DNA of 64,000 nt from Eledone cirrhosa (taxonomy: Eukaryota), in contig OZ024743.1 of the NCBI GenBank assembly GCA_964016885.1, positions 159,340,001 through 159,404,000 of the forward strand, read 5' to 3'. Below the pieces are notes generated by a model, which worked only from the letters and a program-made list of their open reading frames with translations, made no database searches and had not been told where the DNA came from. Positions 63,743 to 64,000 of this stretch are shown here, in pieces. The position numbers and the translations under genes are program-made. Positions within the stretch are counted from its first letter, which is position 1. Every line of letters begins with the position of its first letter.

Positions 63743-64000
63743 CGATGTGTGTTTGAAATAACAGAATGAGGATGCAAAACTGGCCGGTAAGTGTAAAAAT
63801 ATATTATTTAATTCGGAAAGTGTCAATGACTGCGAAGTTTCATTTAAATCGTTTCCTTTGGGTGACAGCTGAATTATTTATAGGAATATGAAAGTATCCT
63901 CAAGCGAAAACCAAACTAAATAGTGAGTGTGTTTTGCAATATCATTCTGGCAATATTATAACATGACCCTCTCCGACACACACACACACACACACACACA

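Overview
AT-rich, microsatellite-dense eukaryotic (metazoan) DNA with no supportable host gene. The SINE motifs and (TA)n/(TATG)n abundance suggest an octopus/cephalopod genome, but that is an inference. The window is almost entirely transposable elements. It holds one intact 1130-aa R4/Dong-clade RLE LINE (31698-35090) and two 5'-truncated sister copies stacked in (TAA)n tracts. A near full-length, frameshifted Tx1/L1-clade LINE lies on the opposite strand, also bounded by (TAA)n, and an older Tx1 remnant sits at 6155-8230. Also present are several RTE and CR1 fragments, a decayed DD37D/maT-type Tc1/mariner, non-autonomous Helitrons, tRNA-derived SINEs and many Penelope-like element (PLE) pieces. 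The main hidden signal is a dense and diverse set of minimal hammerhead-ribozyme (HHR) motifs, read by eye: about 14 copies from 7 sequence families, nearly all in repeats embedded in (TA)n or (TATG)n tracts. One is a 467-bp, non-coding, terminally redundant tandem unit with an intact HHR per unit, which is a retrozyme/circular-RNA-like architecture. Several of these elements also show inverted-tail and fold-back footprints of their integration. All ribozyme calls are from manual folding and need computational and biochemical confirmation.
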